A DNA stretch of 64,000 bases from IMG/VR virus record IMGVR_UViG_3300032236_002285, positions 186,001-250,000 of that record. One strand, given 5' to 3'. The notes under the pieces were generated by a model. The model did no database searches, was not told the origin of the DNA, and saw only the letters and a program-made list of their open reading frames with translations. The translations under genes and the position numbers were made by a program. Position 1 is the first letter of the stretch; each line of letters begins with the position of its first letter. Positions 55,300-64,000 of this stretch are shown one piece after another.

Positions 55300-58200
55300 A
55301 TGAAGGAAATCATATACGTCTATACAACAGATACTTACAAAAGTAAAAATTGGTTTAAAATTGGAATGACTAATCAAGAGTCAGGCTCAGTTCGTATTTC
55401 TCAACAGGATGGAACATCAAATCCAGAGAGATTAGAAAAAAAATATGAAATGGACATTTCGGGAGAAACCGAATTATCTGCTTATGAGGTTGAACAAAAA
55501 ATTCACAGGTATTATGATAGACTTGGTAAAAGAGTTCGTGATAATCGTGAATGGTTTGAGGTTGAAGGTGGTGTTGATGAAATTAAAAAAGTTATTGAAT
55601 CTATTTTAGATAATTCGGACTTACATAAATCTCAAATTAAATTAAAGCCACATCAAATTGAAGCAAACATTAAAATTAATGAATGTTTTAATTCTGATGA
55701 TAAAAAATGTCTCTTGGCGCACAAACCAAGATCTGGTAAAACATTTACAACAATCTTTAATATTAAAGAAAATAACTACAAAAATGTTGTTATTTTAACT
55801 TCATATCCTATCTTAAATTATCAATGGGAGGAAGTTATAACTAGTTTTAAAGGATTTTCTAATACTGAAATTATTATTGGATCTGGCTTATCTAAAATTG
55901 AATTAAATTCAGAAAAAAATTCTATTGTTCTTCTTTCATTACAAGATGTTAAAGGTGGTGAAGAAGTTTTTGAAAAAGAAAAGTTTGACCTAATTAAGGA
56001 TATTGAGTTTGATTTACTCGTTATTGATGAGGTTCACTATGGAGTTGAGACGGAGAAAACACAAAATTTCCTTAACAAGATTAAATTTACAAGAATGTTG
56101 GGTTTATCAGCAACACCAACAAGAAATCTATTATGTGGTAGATTCTCTAAAGATCAAATTCACAATTATACATTAGTTGAAGAGGTTCAATTAAAGAAAC
56201 AATATCCAGATTTATATCCTTATGCTGATATTAATTTTCTTATTTGGAATTTATCTAATAATGAAAAGTCCGAGTTGAAATATTTTTCAGATGAAGAGCA
56301 ATTCAAGTTTGATAAGTTTTTCAGAATTGAAGGTGGTGAATTCTATTACAAATCAGATATTATATTTCTATTTAAGAAATTAATTGGTGATAAGGATATT
56401 TGTCGTAGAGATAAGCTAGGAACATCATATCCATTTAAAAATAATGGCGAGTTTTCTGTTATAAAGTCAATTTTATTATTTGTTCCGGGTATAGATGTTC
56501 AATATAAATTGAAATCACTTCTGGAAGAATTAGAATCATATGATGATTTTAATATTCATATTACAAATAGTAATGAGTATTCCTCCAAGAAATTAATAAG
56601 TAAGATTAAGAGAGACTTCAAGTCCGGTGATAAAAGAAGTCTAATTTTAGCAGTAGACCAATTAACAACAGGCATCACTTTGGATGATTGTGATATGTCA
56701 GCTTTAATGAATGATTGGAGATCAGTTGATAAATATGTTCAATCATCATTTAGGTGCCAATCACCAAGAGAAGGTAAGAATAATTGTTTTGTATTGGACT
56801 TCAATGCTGCTAGAAGTTTTGAATTGATGTGGGAATATCAAAATATCATTTCAAAAAATAATGGTAAACAATTGACTGAAAATATTTTGGACTGGGTGGA
56901 ATGTGTCAATATTTTCAATAGAGTTGACGGTGAACTTAAAAGAGTTGATTTTGATGGTTTTAATAGTGAGTACAACAAGGCTGTTTTAGAGAGACCAAGG
57001 TTTAATTATCAATCTGTTATTTTATCTGAGAAATTATCAGATGTTGAAGTTGGAAAGGCTTTACAAGCAATTGGTGTAAAAGGTGGTTCATCTTCTTCTG
57101 ATGAATATTTAAATGATGATGGTATTGAACGTGGTAAGAGTAAGGAAGGTGTCAAAGGTGGTAGTAAAAAGACTGATAAGAAAGACGAAATAAGTCAAGT
57201 TAAATTAATGGAGATTGCTAAAGCATTAGTTGATAAAACTATGTTGTTAAGTATATTTACTTACTTTAAACATGATAATGTTGATGATTGCTTTAAGGCA
57301 TTGTTGGAAGATAATACGATAGTTGAAGGAATTGGAGAATTGGGAAGAAAGATGTATTTAGAGACATTATTACTAGGAATGAATGATGTTGACAATATTA
57401 ATTTAGGTGTTATTAAGTTCATTTATGATAATATTTTTGACAAGGATGTAATCAATAAAAAGTTATATCTATTCAACCAAAACGTAAATTTAATATATAA
57501 TAGTATCGGGGAAAATCCTGGTGATATTAGTACTATGTTAGTAAATTTAATGGAATTGGTGGATAGTTATTTGAAGCCCTCAAATACAGAGAAGAAAATG
57601 CTTGGTGAAGTTTTCACCAGTTTAGAATTAGTTGAAGAAATGTTGAATAAACTTCCAGTTGAAGTTTGGTCTAATCCTGATTTAAAATTTTTGGATCCAT
57701 CAAATGGAATTGGAAATTTTCCAGTTATTCTTGTTAAGAAGTTAATGGTTGGATTGAAAGAATGGCAACCTGACTCAGAATTGAGATTAAAACATATCTT
57801 AGAAAATCAAATTTATGTTTGTGAATTACAATCTAAGAATATGTTTATTTACTTACAATTATTTGATTCAGAAAATCAATATAAGCTAAATTTTCATAGA
57901 GGATCTTTCCTAGATGAAAATTTTACAGAAGTTATGAAGAAATGGGGAGTTGATAAATTTGATGTTGTTGTCGGTAATCCTCCTTATAACAATGACCAAA
58001 AAGCGGAAGGTAAAAGAGGCGGTGGTGATACTTTGTGGGATAAATTTGTTATAAAAATCATTAATTCATTTTTAAAGGAAAATGGATATTTGGTTTTTGT
58101 TCACCCTACTCTTTGGAGAAAACCTCAATCTGATAGAAGTACATCAAAAGATGTAAGTGAATTAATGATGAAAAAACAAATTCATTATTTAGAGTGCCAT

Positions 58201-58809
58201 GACTCAAATGATGGAATGAAAGTTTTCAATGCTGGAACAAGATATGATTTTTACGTTTTGGAAAATTGTTCTATATATAAAGAAACATTAATAAATGGTG
58301 AGGATAGAAAAGATGTTTTAGTTAATCTTAAAAATTATGATTTTATTCCAAATTATAATCTTCAACTATTTGATAAAATAATAGCCAAAGATGGTGATGA
58401 AAAATGTCCTATACTTTTCAATGTTTCAAATTATGAGACTCGTAAATCATGGGTATCTGATGAAAAAAATGAAGAGTATAAATATACACTGATACACTCT
58501 ACTCCAAAAGGAGGAACAAGGTATAAATATTCATCAAAAAATGATAATGGTCATTTTGGTATATCAAAGGTTATATTTGGTGAGAGTGGAATAGGAGATG
58601 TTATAATTGATATGAATGGTGATTATGGTATGACGCAAGGTGCTATGTCAATAATAATATCTTCATTAGAAGAGGCCAACAATATTAAAAAAGCATTGAT
58701 GAGTGGTAAATTTAATGAATTTTTAAAGACAGTAATGTGGTCAAACTTTCGTATAGACTGGAGATTATTTAGTTATCTTAAAAAAGACTTTTGGAAGGAA
58801 TTTATATGA
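55300..58809 (+). CDS. T5orf172/GIY-YIG-like nuclease + SF2 helicase + N6-adenine methyltransferase fusion (restriction-modification-like)
   Basis: FKIGMT...EQKIH...REWF; KPRSGKT, IDEVH, GLSATP; FLDPSNGIG and VGNPPY. Confidence 0.85.
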   Translation: MKEIIYVYTTDTYKSKNWFKIGMTNQESGSVRISQQDGTSNPERLEKKYEMDISGETELSAYEVEQKIHRYYDRLGKRVRDNREWFEVEGGVDEIKKVIESILDNSDLHKSQIKLKPHQIEANIKINECFNSDDKKCLLAHKPRSGKTFTTIFNIKENNYKNVVILTSYPILNYQWEEVITSFKGFSNTEIIIGSGLSKIELNSEKNSIVLLSLQDVKGGEEVFEKEKFDLIKDIEFDLLVIDEVHYGVETEKTQNFLNKIKFTRMLGLSATPTRNLLCGRFSKDQIHNYTLVEEVQLKKQYPDLYPYADINFLIWNLSNNEKSELKYFSDEEQFKFDKFFRIEGGEFYYKSDIIFLFKKLIGDKDICRRDKLGTSYPFKNNGEFSVIKSILLFVPGIDVQYKLKSLLEELESYDDFNIHITNSNEYSSKKLISKIKRDFKSGDKRSLILAVDQLTTGITLDDCDMSALMNDWRSVDKYVQSSFRCQSPREGKNNCFVLDFNAARSFELMWEYQNIISKNNGKQLTENILDWVECVNIFNRVDGELKRVDFDGFNSEYNKAVLERPRFNYQSVILSEKLSDVEVGKALQAIGVKGGSSSSDEYLNDDGIERGKSKEGVKGGSKKTDKKDEISQVKLMEIAKALVDKTMLLSIFTYFKHDNVDDCFKALLEDNTIVEGIGELGRKMYLETLLLGMNDVDNINLGVIKFIYDNIFDKDVINKKLYLFNQNVNLIYNSIGENPGDISTMLVNLMELVDSYLKPSNTEKKMLGEVFTSLELVEEMLNKLPVEVWSNPDLKFLDPSNGIGNFPVILVKKLMVGLKEWQPDSELRLKHILENQIYVCELQSKNMFIYLQLFDSENQYKLNFHRGSFLDENFTEVMKKWGVDKFDVVVGNPPYNNDQKAEGKRGGGDTLWDKFVIKIINSFLKENGYLVFVHPTLWRKPQSDRSTSKDVSELMMKKQIHYLECHDSNDGMKVFNAGTRYDFYVLENCSIYKETLINGEDRKDVLVNLKNYDFIPNYNLQLFDKIIAKDGDEKCPILFNVSNYETRKSWVSDEKNEEYKYTLIHSTPKGGTRYKYSSKNDNGHFGISKVIFGESGIGDVIIDMNGDYGMTQGAMSIIISSLEEANNIKKALMSGKFNEFLKTVMWSNFRIDWRLFSYLKKDFWKEFI

Positions 58810-59378
58810 TACTAACTAATATTGAGTATAAAATAAGATTAGATGATAATCTAATAGTTATAGATAAATTAGATGGTAATACTTATATAAGTATTTCACT
58901 TCCTTTATATTGGACACAACATGTTGATGATTGTGATGATTGTAAATCATTTTATTCTAAATTAAAAAATGAATCAAAGGATGACTGGTTTGTAAATTAC
59001 AATGATGAATATTATAAATTGGAATTTTTAGACAACCAATATATTGGAAATGGACATAATACTATTATGGATTCTAAAATAGACTTAAAAAAAGTTGACA
59101 TATCAAATATTAACCATACTGAGTATTATAAAATACAAAATATTAAATTAATAAGTGTTAATAAATATGAAAGTATTGAAATTAATAGAAATGATAAGTT
59201 GGATCACTTAATTCCATCAGAATATAATGATACAGATAAAGTTATTTATAAAAATATGTTCTTCACTCCTATATCAAAAGAATTTTCAGAAGATATTACA
59301 AATAATGAACAAACTATTAAAATAGAATTAGATAAATTAGAATCATTTGATTTTAAAATCCTAATTTCTAAAAAATAA
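58806..59378 (+). CDS. hypothetical protein
   Basis: Internal RNDKLDHL motif. Confidence 0.55.
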   Translation: MILTNIEYKIRLDDNLIVIDKLDGNTYISISLPLYWTQHVDDCDDCKSFYSKLKNESKDDWFVNYNDEYYKLEFLDNQYIGNGHNTIMDSKIDLKKVDISNINHTEYYKIQNIKLISVNKYESIEINRNDKLDHLIPSEYNDTDKVIYKNMFFTPISKEFSEDITNNEQTIKIELDKLESFDFKILISKK

Positions 59379-59387
59379 CCCTATGAA

Positions 59388-59657
59388 ATGGATATCCAAC
59401 AATATTACCTAATAATTAAACAAAAGCTAGAATCGGGCGACTACACAACAACCAATCAAAGAGAAATAAATACTCATTTAGAAGCGATAAACTATCTACA
59501 ATGGGAATTTATGTCTGATAGAAAAGATCCAAGAATAAATAGAGTTTTCTCAGATATTTGTATTCCAAATAATATCAATCAGGGAGAACTTGATGTTGAT
59601 TTTTCTAAATATTCTGTTGAGGAATTTCTAAGAGATATCATGACCTTGAAAGATTAA
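59388..59657 (+). CDS. hypothetical protein
   Basis: ORF. Confidence 0.55.
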   Translation: MDIQQYYLIIKQKLESGDYTTTNQREINTHLEAINYLQWEFMSDRKDPRINRVFSDICIPNNINQGELDVDFSKYSVEEFLRDIMTLKD

Positions 59658-59707
59658 TTTCTAATTCAAATTATTTTCCTTATCTTTGTATTCTAAACAA
59701 AATCACT

Positions 59708-59845
59708 ATGGGAAGAGTAAAAGAAATCTATATGGAAATCCAAGAAAAACTTGGAGAAGACGTTGAAGTAACTGAAGAAGTATTTACTCAACATCTAATT
59801 GAAAAAGGAATTTACAAAGAAGACAATTCCGACGAAGAAGAATAA
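59708..59845 (+). CDS. small acidic protein (45 aa)
   Basis: Hand translation MGRVKEIYMEIQEKLGEDVEVTEEVFTQHLIEKGIYKEDNSDEEE, after TATCTTTG at 59681-59688. Confidence 0.6.
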   Translation: MGRVKEIYMEIQEKLGEDVEVTEEVFTQHLIEKGIYKEDNSDEEE

Positions 59846-59911
59846 ATTTGTTAGACATAAAATAAAGAAACCCATCTAATTTTTTAGATGGGTTTTTTTA
59901 TATATAGTATA

Positions 59912-60373
59912 ATGAAATATTTAAAAACATATAAAATATTTGAGGCTAAGTTAAAAACTATTCAGTATAAAGATATGACTGACTGGGGAAGTACTGAACC
60001 ACAAAAGGTTAATAAGCAAATAGAACCTGAATATTTTAATTTAGTATTTGCTGATTTTATTGATGATGGCGCTGAAGTTGAATCTAATACAACCGAAGAC
60101 CATATAGAAGATTATTGGGAAATAATTATTAAAGAGCCAGTATTAAGAGGTTCAAGAGCAGTATCAAGAGATTCAATAGATATTGATAATCATATTAAAA
60201 CTATTGAAAAGTTAAATGAGTTATACTTAGATATTAAATCTTGTATAAATAAAATAAAGGATGAATACCCTAATATCAATGTAGAATTTTCTATTGAAGA
60301 ATTTGGAGAGAATAATGCTTGGGAAAATAAAATTGAAAGAAATATACACTTAATATTTAATTACAAACAATGA
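59912..60373 (+). CDS. tagged hypothetical protein (MKYLKTYKIFEA)
   Basis: Start reassigned to ATG 59912. Confidence 0.7.
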   Translation: MKYLKTYKIFEAKLKTIQYKDMTDWGSTEPQKVNKQIEPEYFNLVFADFIDDGAEVESNTTEDHIEDYWEIIIKEPVLRGSRAVSRDSIDIDNHIKTIEKLNELYLDIKSCINKIKDEYPNINVEFSIEEFGENNAWENKIERNIHLIFNYKQ

Positions 60374-60879
60374 GATATTTAAAAACATATAAAATATTTG
60401 AATCTTCAGATGATATACAATCTGAGATTATAGATATATTTCAACCGCTTATAGATATAAGTAATGTGAAGATGAGACATCATCCGAGCTTACCAGAACT
60501 TGGTAATAAGAAAACTTTAGAAATATCTATTAACTTCGACCGTTTAGCTGAACCTACTTCAATAAAAAGTGAGTATGATGTAGATTACAGACCGGTTAAA
60601 GATGGTAATTCTATAGCTACTGAGTTAGCAGATGCCATTGATAGATGTGTTAATATTTTAGGAATAGAATTAAAAAGAGCCGAAGTTGGTTGGATAAATG
60701 CTGGCGAATGGTCTCAATGTGCTAATAACGGATCACTAGGTAAGATATTTACATCTGATGGTGTAGTTGGACCTTTAGATAAATTAACTAAAGGCGAATA
60801 TTCTACTGATTTATTACCGGAGTTTATTGTTCAGAAAGGTGATAGAATAAGAAATATTAAATTAACATTTAGATACTAA
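60370..60879 (+). CDS. tagged hypothetical protein (MRYLKTYKIFES)
   Basis: ORF. Confidence 0.7.
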   Translation: MRYLKTYKIFESSDDIQSEIIDIFQPLIDISNVKMRHHPSLPELGNKKTLEISINFDRLAEPTSIKSEYDVDYRPVKDGNSIATELADAIDRCVNILGIELKRAEVGWINAGEWSQCANNGSLGKIFTSDGVVGPLDKLTKGEYSTDLLPEFIVQKGDRIRNIKLTFRY

Positions 60880-62123
60880 TGAGACACTTAGAAACATATA
60901 AAATATTTGAATCACTAGTTGATAAAAAGATACAACTACTAAAGGACCTTGCTATTGAATTACAAGATGCTGGTCTTCAAGTAGAAGTGATTAATGGTTC
61001 TCATTCTCATTTACTTAGAGACCCAAGGGTTTCTATTCACACCGGTTCAAGATATACTAATGATTATAAGAAGTTTATAGTTATGAAAGTAACTGACGAT
61101 GATAATAAGTTTAATGCTGATTTATATTTTACTGATACTATACAAGATTTTATAGAAACATTGAAGTCATATGGTATGAATCCAAGAGGAATGTCTGGTG
61201 GTAATCATTTTACCGTATTCAAATTTGATAAACATGGTAGTATGACCAACTCACCAATTGTTAGAGAGTCAAAGATATTTGAGGCTAAGAAGTCTTTAGT
61301 AGATGATTATCTTTCTAAGATAGACGCAACTCGTCAAGATGTGATTGATGTCTTTCAAGGTATTATAGACTTAGGTTTTAATCCAAAGTTTAAGTTATCT
61401 TACATAGATAAGAATGGTAGAGCAAAAGAAGAGAAAACAAGTGGTCAAGAAACGCCATTATTGACTATTAAGTTTGAATCATCTCGTGAAAAGTATATTG
61501 GTGGCTCTGTTAGATTTGATAACTTAGATTACTTAGAAAATCTTTATCATAGTTTAGCTATGTTTATGTCAATGTATAAAGACAAGTGTAATATTGAATA
61601 TGATTTAGATAATATGATTGAATTAAAATTAAGATTACAATTTGATACTGAGTATGATGAGAATAAATTATCTATAAGTAGAGATGATGTTTATGATGCT
61701 TTAGAATCGGCTCTTCAAATTATACCACAAGATTATTCAAATAGTCTAAGATCAGATTATCGTACAATTAGTTTAGATATAGAACCAACTGATGATGTGA
61801 CTGAAGAATTAGCTAAAGAATTAGAAAGTTCTAAGGATAAGAAAGAGGTTGATAATTCTACTGAGGTTAATAAGATAGCTAAAGATGTTGTTAATGAAGT
61901 GGCAAAGATAATGTCAGTTAATCTTAAAAAAGATATTAAATATGAATCCAAATATCGTGCCAAATCAGGTCTTTATTGTGGTGAGCAACTACTTTGTAAT
62001 GTATCTATAGATGAAAGTGATGATTCTAAGAAATATTCATATCATGTTAAAAGAGGATTTTTAAGAACTGATAAATGTTATATTAAGATAGCCCCTATAA
62101 GAATAGAAATTCAATTAGCATAA
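60879..62123 (+). CDS. tagged hypothetical protein (MRHLETYKIFES; internal ESKIFEA)
   Basis: ORF. Confidence 0.7.
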   Translation: MRHLETYKIFESLVDKKIQLLKDLAIELQDAGLQVEVINGSHSHLLRDPRVSIHTGSRYTNDYKKFIVMKVTDDDNKFNADLYFTDTIQDFIETLKSYGMNPRGMSGGNHFTVFKFDKHGSMTNSPIVRESKIFEAKKSLVDDYLSKIDATRQDVIDVFQGIIDLGFNPKFKLSYIDKNGRAKEEKTSGQETPLLTIKFESSREKYIGGSVRFDNLDYLENLYHSLAMFMSMYKDKCNIEYDLDNMIELKLRLQFDTEYDENKLSISRDDVYDALESALQIIPQDYSNSLRSDYRTISLDIEPTDDVTEELAKELESSKDKKEVDNSTEVNKIAKDVVNEVAKIMSVNLKKDIKYESKYRAKSGLYCGEQLLCNVSIDESDDSKKYSYHVKRGFLRTDKCYIKIAPIRIEIQLA

Positions 62124-62647
62124 TGAAACATATAAAGACATATAAACTATTTGAAAGTATTGATACTGATAAAATTTATAATAACATAGATACTTCTGAT
62201 AATGATGTTTATTATCAAATACCATTCCAATGGTTTTATGACGGTAAAGAATTTGGTGATGACTTTAAGTTATTTCTTGGTGAAAGATTTATTTATGATT
62301 ACATAAAAGATGAAGAAATAACAAAAGAATTAGAATCTGATTTAAGTAATGTTGATTTAAGTAAAGGGTGGGAATCTGATACATTTCATTCTGGTGATAA
62401 TAAAGATAACATACACACTAAAAGGATTGCTAAATTAGTTCAGTCATTACAAAATAATGAGCCACTAAGACCTATATCTTTTTGGGTATCAGAAAATAGT
62501 TATATGCATGATTGTTATAATTTCATAGAAGATGGAAATCATAGGTTAAGAGCTTTACAGTATTTAGGTTATGATTATTTCCCAGCTTATGTTTATGGTT
62601 CTCATGAGAAGTTTATTTTAGAAGAATTAAAAAAATTAAATAGTTAA
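62123..62647 (+). CDS. tagged ParB/Srx-like domain protein (MKHIKTYKLFES)
   Basis: FIEDGNHRLRALQYLG. Confidence 0.65.
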   Translation: MKHIKTYKLFESIDTDKIYNNIDTSDNDVYYQIPFQWFYDGKEFGDDFKLFLGERFIYDYIKDEEITKELESDLSNVDLSKGWESDTFHSGDNKDNIHTKRIAKLVQSLQNNEPLRPISFWVSENSYMHDCYNFIEDGNHRLRALQYLGYDYFPAYVYGSHEKFILEELKKLNS

Positions 62648-62658
62648 TATATACTATA

Positions 62659-63132
62659 ATGAAACATCTAAAGACATACAAGATATTTGAAAATATTGAT
62701 ACGATAATAAATGATCTTAAAGATATCTTATTAGAGTTACAAGATAAGAACTTTAACATACGAATTGCGAGTATTGAACATCATGCTGGTGAAAATGCCT
62801 TAGATATAACTATATCTAAAGATGGTGGTAATTTTGATTTCTGGACAGAAAGTAATATAGGTGAACTCACACCTTTCAATTTTATTGAGGTTAAAGAGGA
62901 TCTAATAAGATTATTAGAATATGCTAATAGTGAAGGATGGTATGACTTTAACTTTGAAATTATTACACCATCAAACACATTAAATGGTAGTAAAAAATTT
63001 AATGATGGTACATACCAAGCTTCGGTGGAAGTTAAAGGTGATGAGATTGTAACTAATTACAGTTGGAATCAAGGTGAACCAATTAAAGATGATGAAAAGA
63101 TCCTTTGTGTTTATATTGGATTGTTGAAATAA
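62659..63132 (+). CDS. tagged hypothetical protein (MKHLKTYKIFEN)
   Basis: ORF. Confidence 0.7.
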   Translation: MKHLKTYKIFENIDTIINDLKDILLELQDKNFNIRIASIEHHAGENALDITISKDGGNFDFWTESNIGELTPFNFIEVKEDLIRLLEYANSEGWYDFNFEIITPSNTLNGSKKFNDGTYQASVEVKGDEIVTNYSWNQGEPIKDDEKILCVYIGLLK

Positions 63133-63143
63133 TATATACTCTA

Positions 63144-63536
63144 ATGAAACATCTAAAATCATATAAAGTATTTGAGTCAACTGAGACAGAGCAAGACTTA
63201 AAAGATATCCTACTTGAGCTACAAGATGAAGGATATAAAGTTATACATAATGATGATGTTATGTTAGGGGTTACTGGTGAACCAGGAAATATTAAAGCTA
63301 TCTGGGTAAGAGATGTTAATAATCCAAGTTATAGTGAAGGTAAAGATTGGGAAGAGTTAAGAGATTACGCTTTAAGAATTAAAGATTACTTAGGTGATAA
63401 GTATTTGAGCTTTGCTTGGAGACCTATTCTTTTAGGAAGTCAAGGTAAAGAAAATCCTTATCATACTGTTAAGTTAAATGAAGATACCCAAATAGATGAA
63501 AAAATATACTCATTCGTAATAAAATACAAAGAATAA
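63144..63536 (+). CDS. tagged hypothetical protein (MKHLKSYKVFES)
   Basis: Start reassigned to ATG 63144. Confidence 0.7.
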   Translation: MKHLKSYKVFESTETEQDLKDILLELQDEGYKVIHNDDVMLGVTGEPGNIKAIWVRDVNNPSYSEGKDWEELRDYALRIKDYLGDKYLSFAWRPILLGSQGKENPYHTVKLNEDTQIDEKIYSFVIKYKE

Positions 63537-63566
63537 AAAAGCCCTCTTAATGAGGGCTTTCTTTTT
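63537..63566. terminator. bidirectional terminator
   Basis: AAAAGCCCTC-ttaat-GAGGGCTTT. Confidence 0.8.
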
Positions 63567-64000
63567 ATCTTAATAAAGTGATATTACCTTTCTTATAGAA
63601 TCTCTTACCTTTATATGAATAAGCTTCTGCTTCATAAACATAAACACCAATCGGACAAGGCTCACCTTTAAATCTACCATCCCAGCCTTCATCTATATTC
63701 TTTGTTTCAAATACCATCTGACCCCATCTATTGAATATTCTAAAATGATCCAATGTAGCAATACCATGATGTTGTACTTTAATTATATCATTAGGTGAAG
63801 AACCCGGTGAAAAAGCATTAGCCACATCAATATAAGAATCATCTTCTACAATCACAACAACTGTATCAGTTACTTCACAACCATATTCTGTTTTAGCATT
63901 GACAGTATAAATAATACTAGATTGTACTGAAGTAATAGGTGATGATATACAAGGATTACTTAAACCATTAAGCGGAAACCAATTAAAGTATAAACAATTA
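63565..64000 (-). CDS. second T9SS type-B CTD protein, 3' end only (frame open to window edge)
   Basis: VANAFSPG...FRIFNRWGQMVFE...WDGRFKG...GVYVY...GNITLLR; paralogous to 47836-50799. Confidence 0.85.
   Translation of the reverse strand, partial: NCLYFNWFPLNGLSNPCISSPITSVQSSIIYTVNAKTEYGCEVTDTVVVIVEDDSYIDVANAFSPGSSPNDIIKVQHHGIATLDHFRIFNRWGQMVFETKNIDEGWDGRFKGEPCPIGVYVYEAEAYSYKGKRFYKKGNITLLR

Noticed and set aside
1-64000. Cellular (bacterial chromosome) origin
   Set aside because: Isolated translation genes without operon context, homing endonucleases, giant structural-type ORFs, a late-promoter-like motif and many orphan small ORFs fit a huge phage better. No capsid or terminase gene is in the window, so this remains an inference.

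Overview
This is an AT-rich segment of a huge (jumbo) dsDNA phage genome, most likely infecting a Bacteroidota host. The host call rests on TTTG-N19/20-TAnnTTTG host-type promoters, the absence of Shine-Dalgarno sites, and two T9SS type-B cargo genes. The window carries replication, structural and accessory genes and a large translation-hijacking toolkit: an S1-like protein, an L7/L12-CTD protein, SmpB, YqeY, a minimal HisRS, Thg1, a CCA-type nucleotidyltransferase, and about 34 tRNA or tRNA-like genes. The most striking signal is that four tRNA clusters each lie behind a complete ribosome-dependent attenuator: promoter, short leader ORF, antiterminator segment inside the ORF, and intrinsic terminator. 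Each leader is enriched in codons for the tRNAs that follow (His/Phe/Trp; Ser/Arg; Tyr/Glu; Gly/Ala/Ile), which suggests tRNA supply on demand. Three tRNA genes share a conserved ~60-70 nt structured insert ending in TACTTCG, and one of them is circularly permuted at that insert. Other oddities are a ~390 nt pseudoknotted ncRNA candidate, long-variable-arm Lys/Glu tRNAs, a tRNA minihelix, near-universal C-(A/T)-A 3' ends, and two short recurrent peptide tags on unrelated proteins. All calls were made by eye from the sequence, with no database searches; tRNA boundaries may be off by 1-2 nt.
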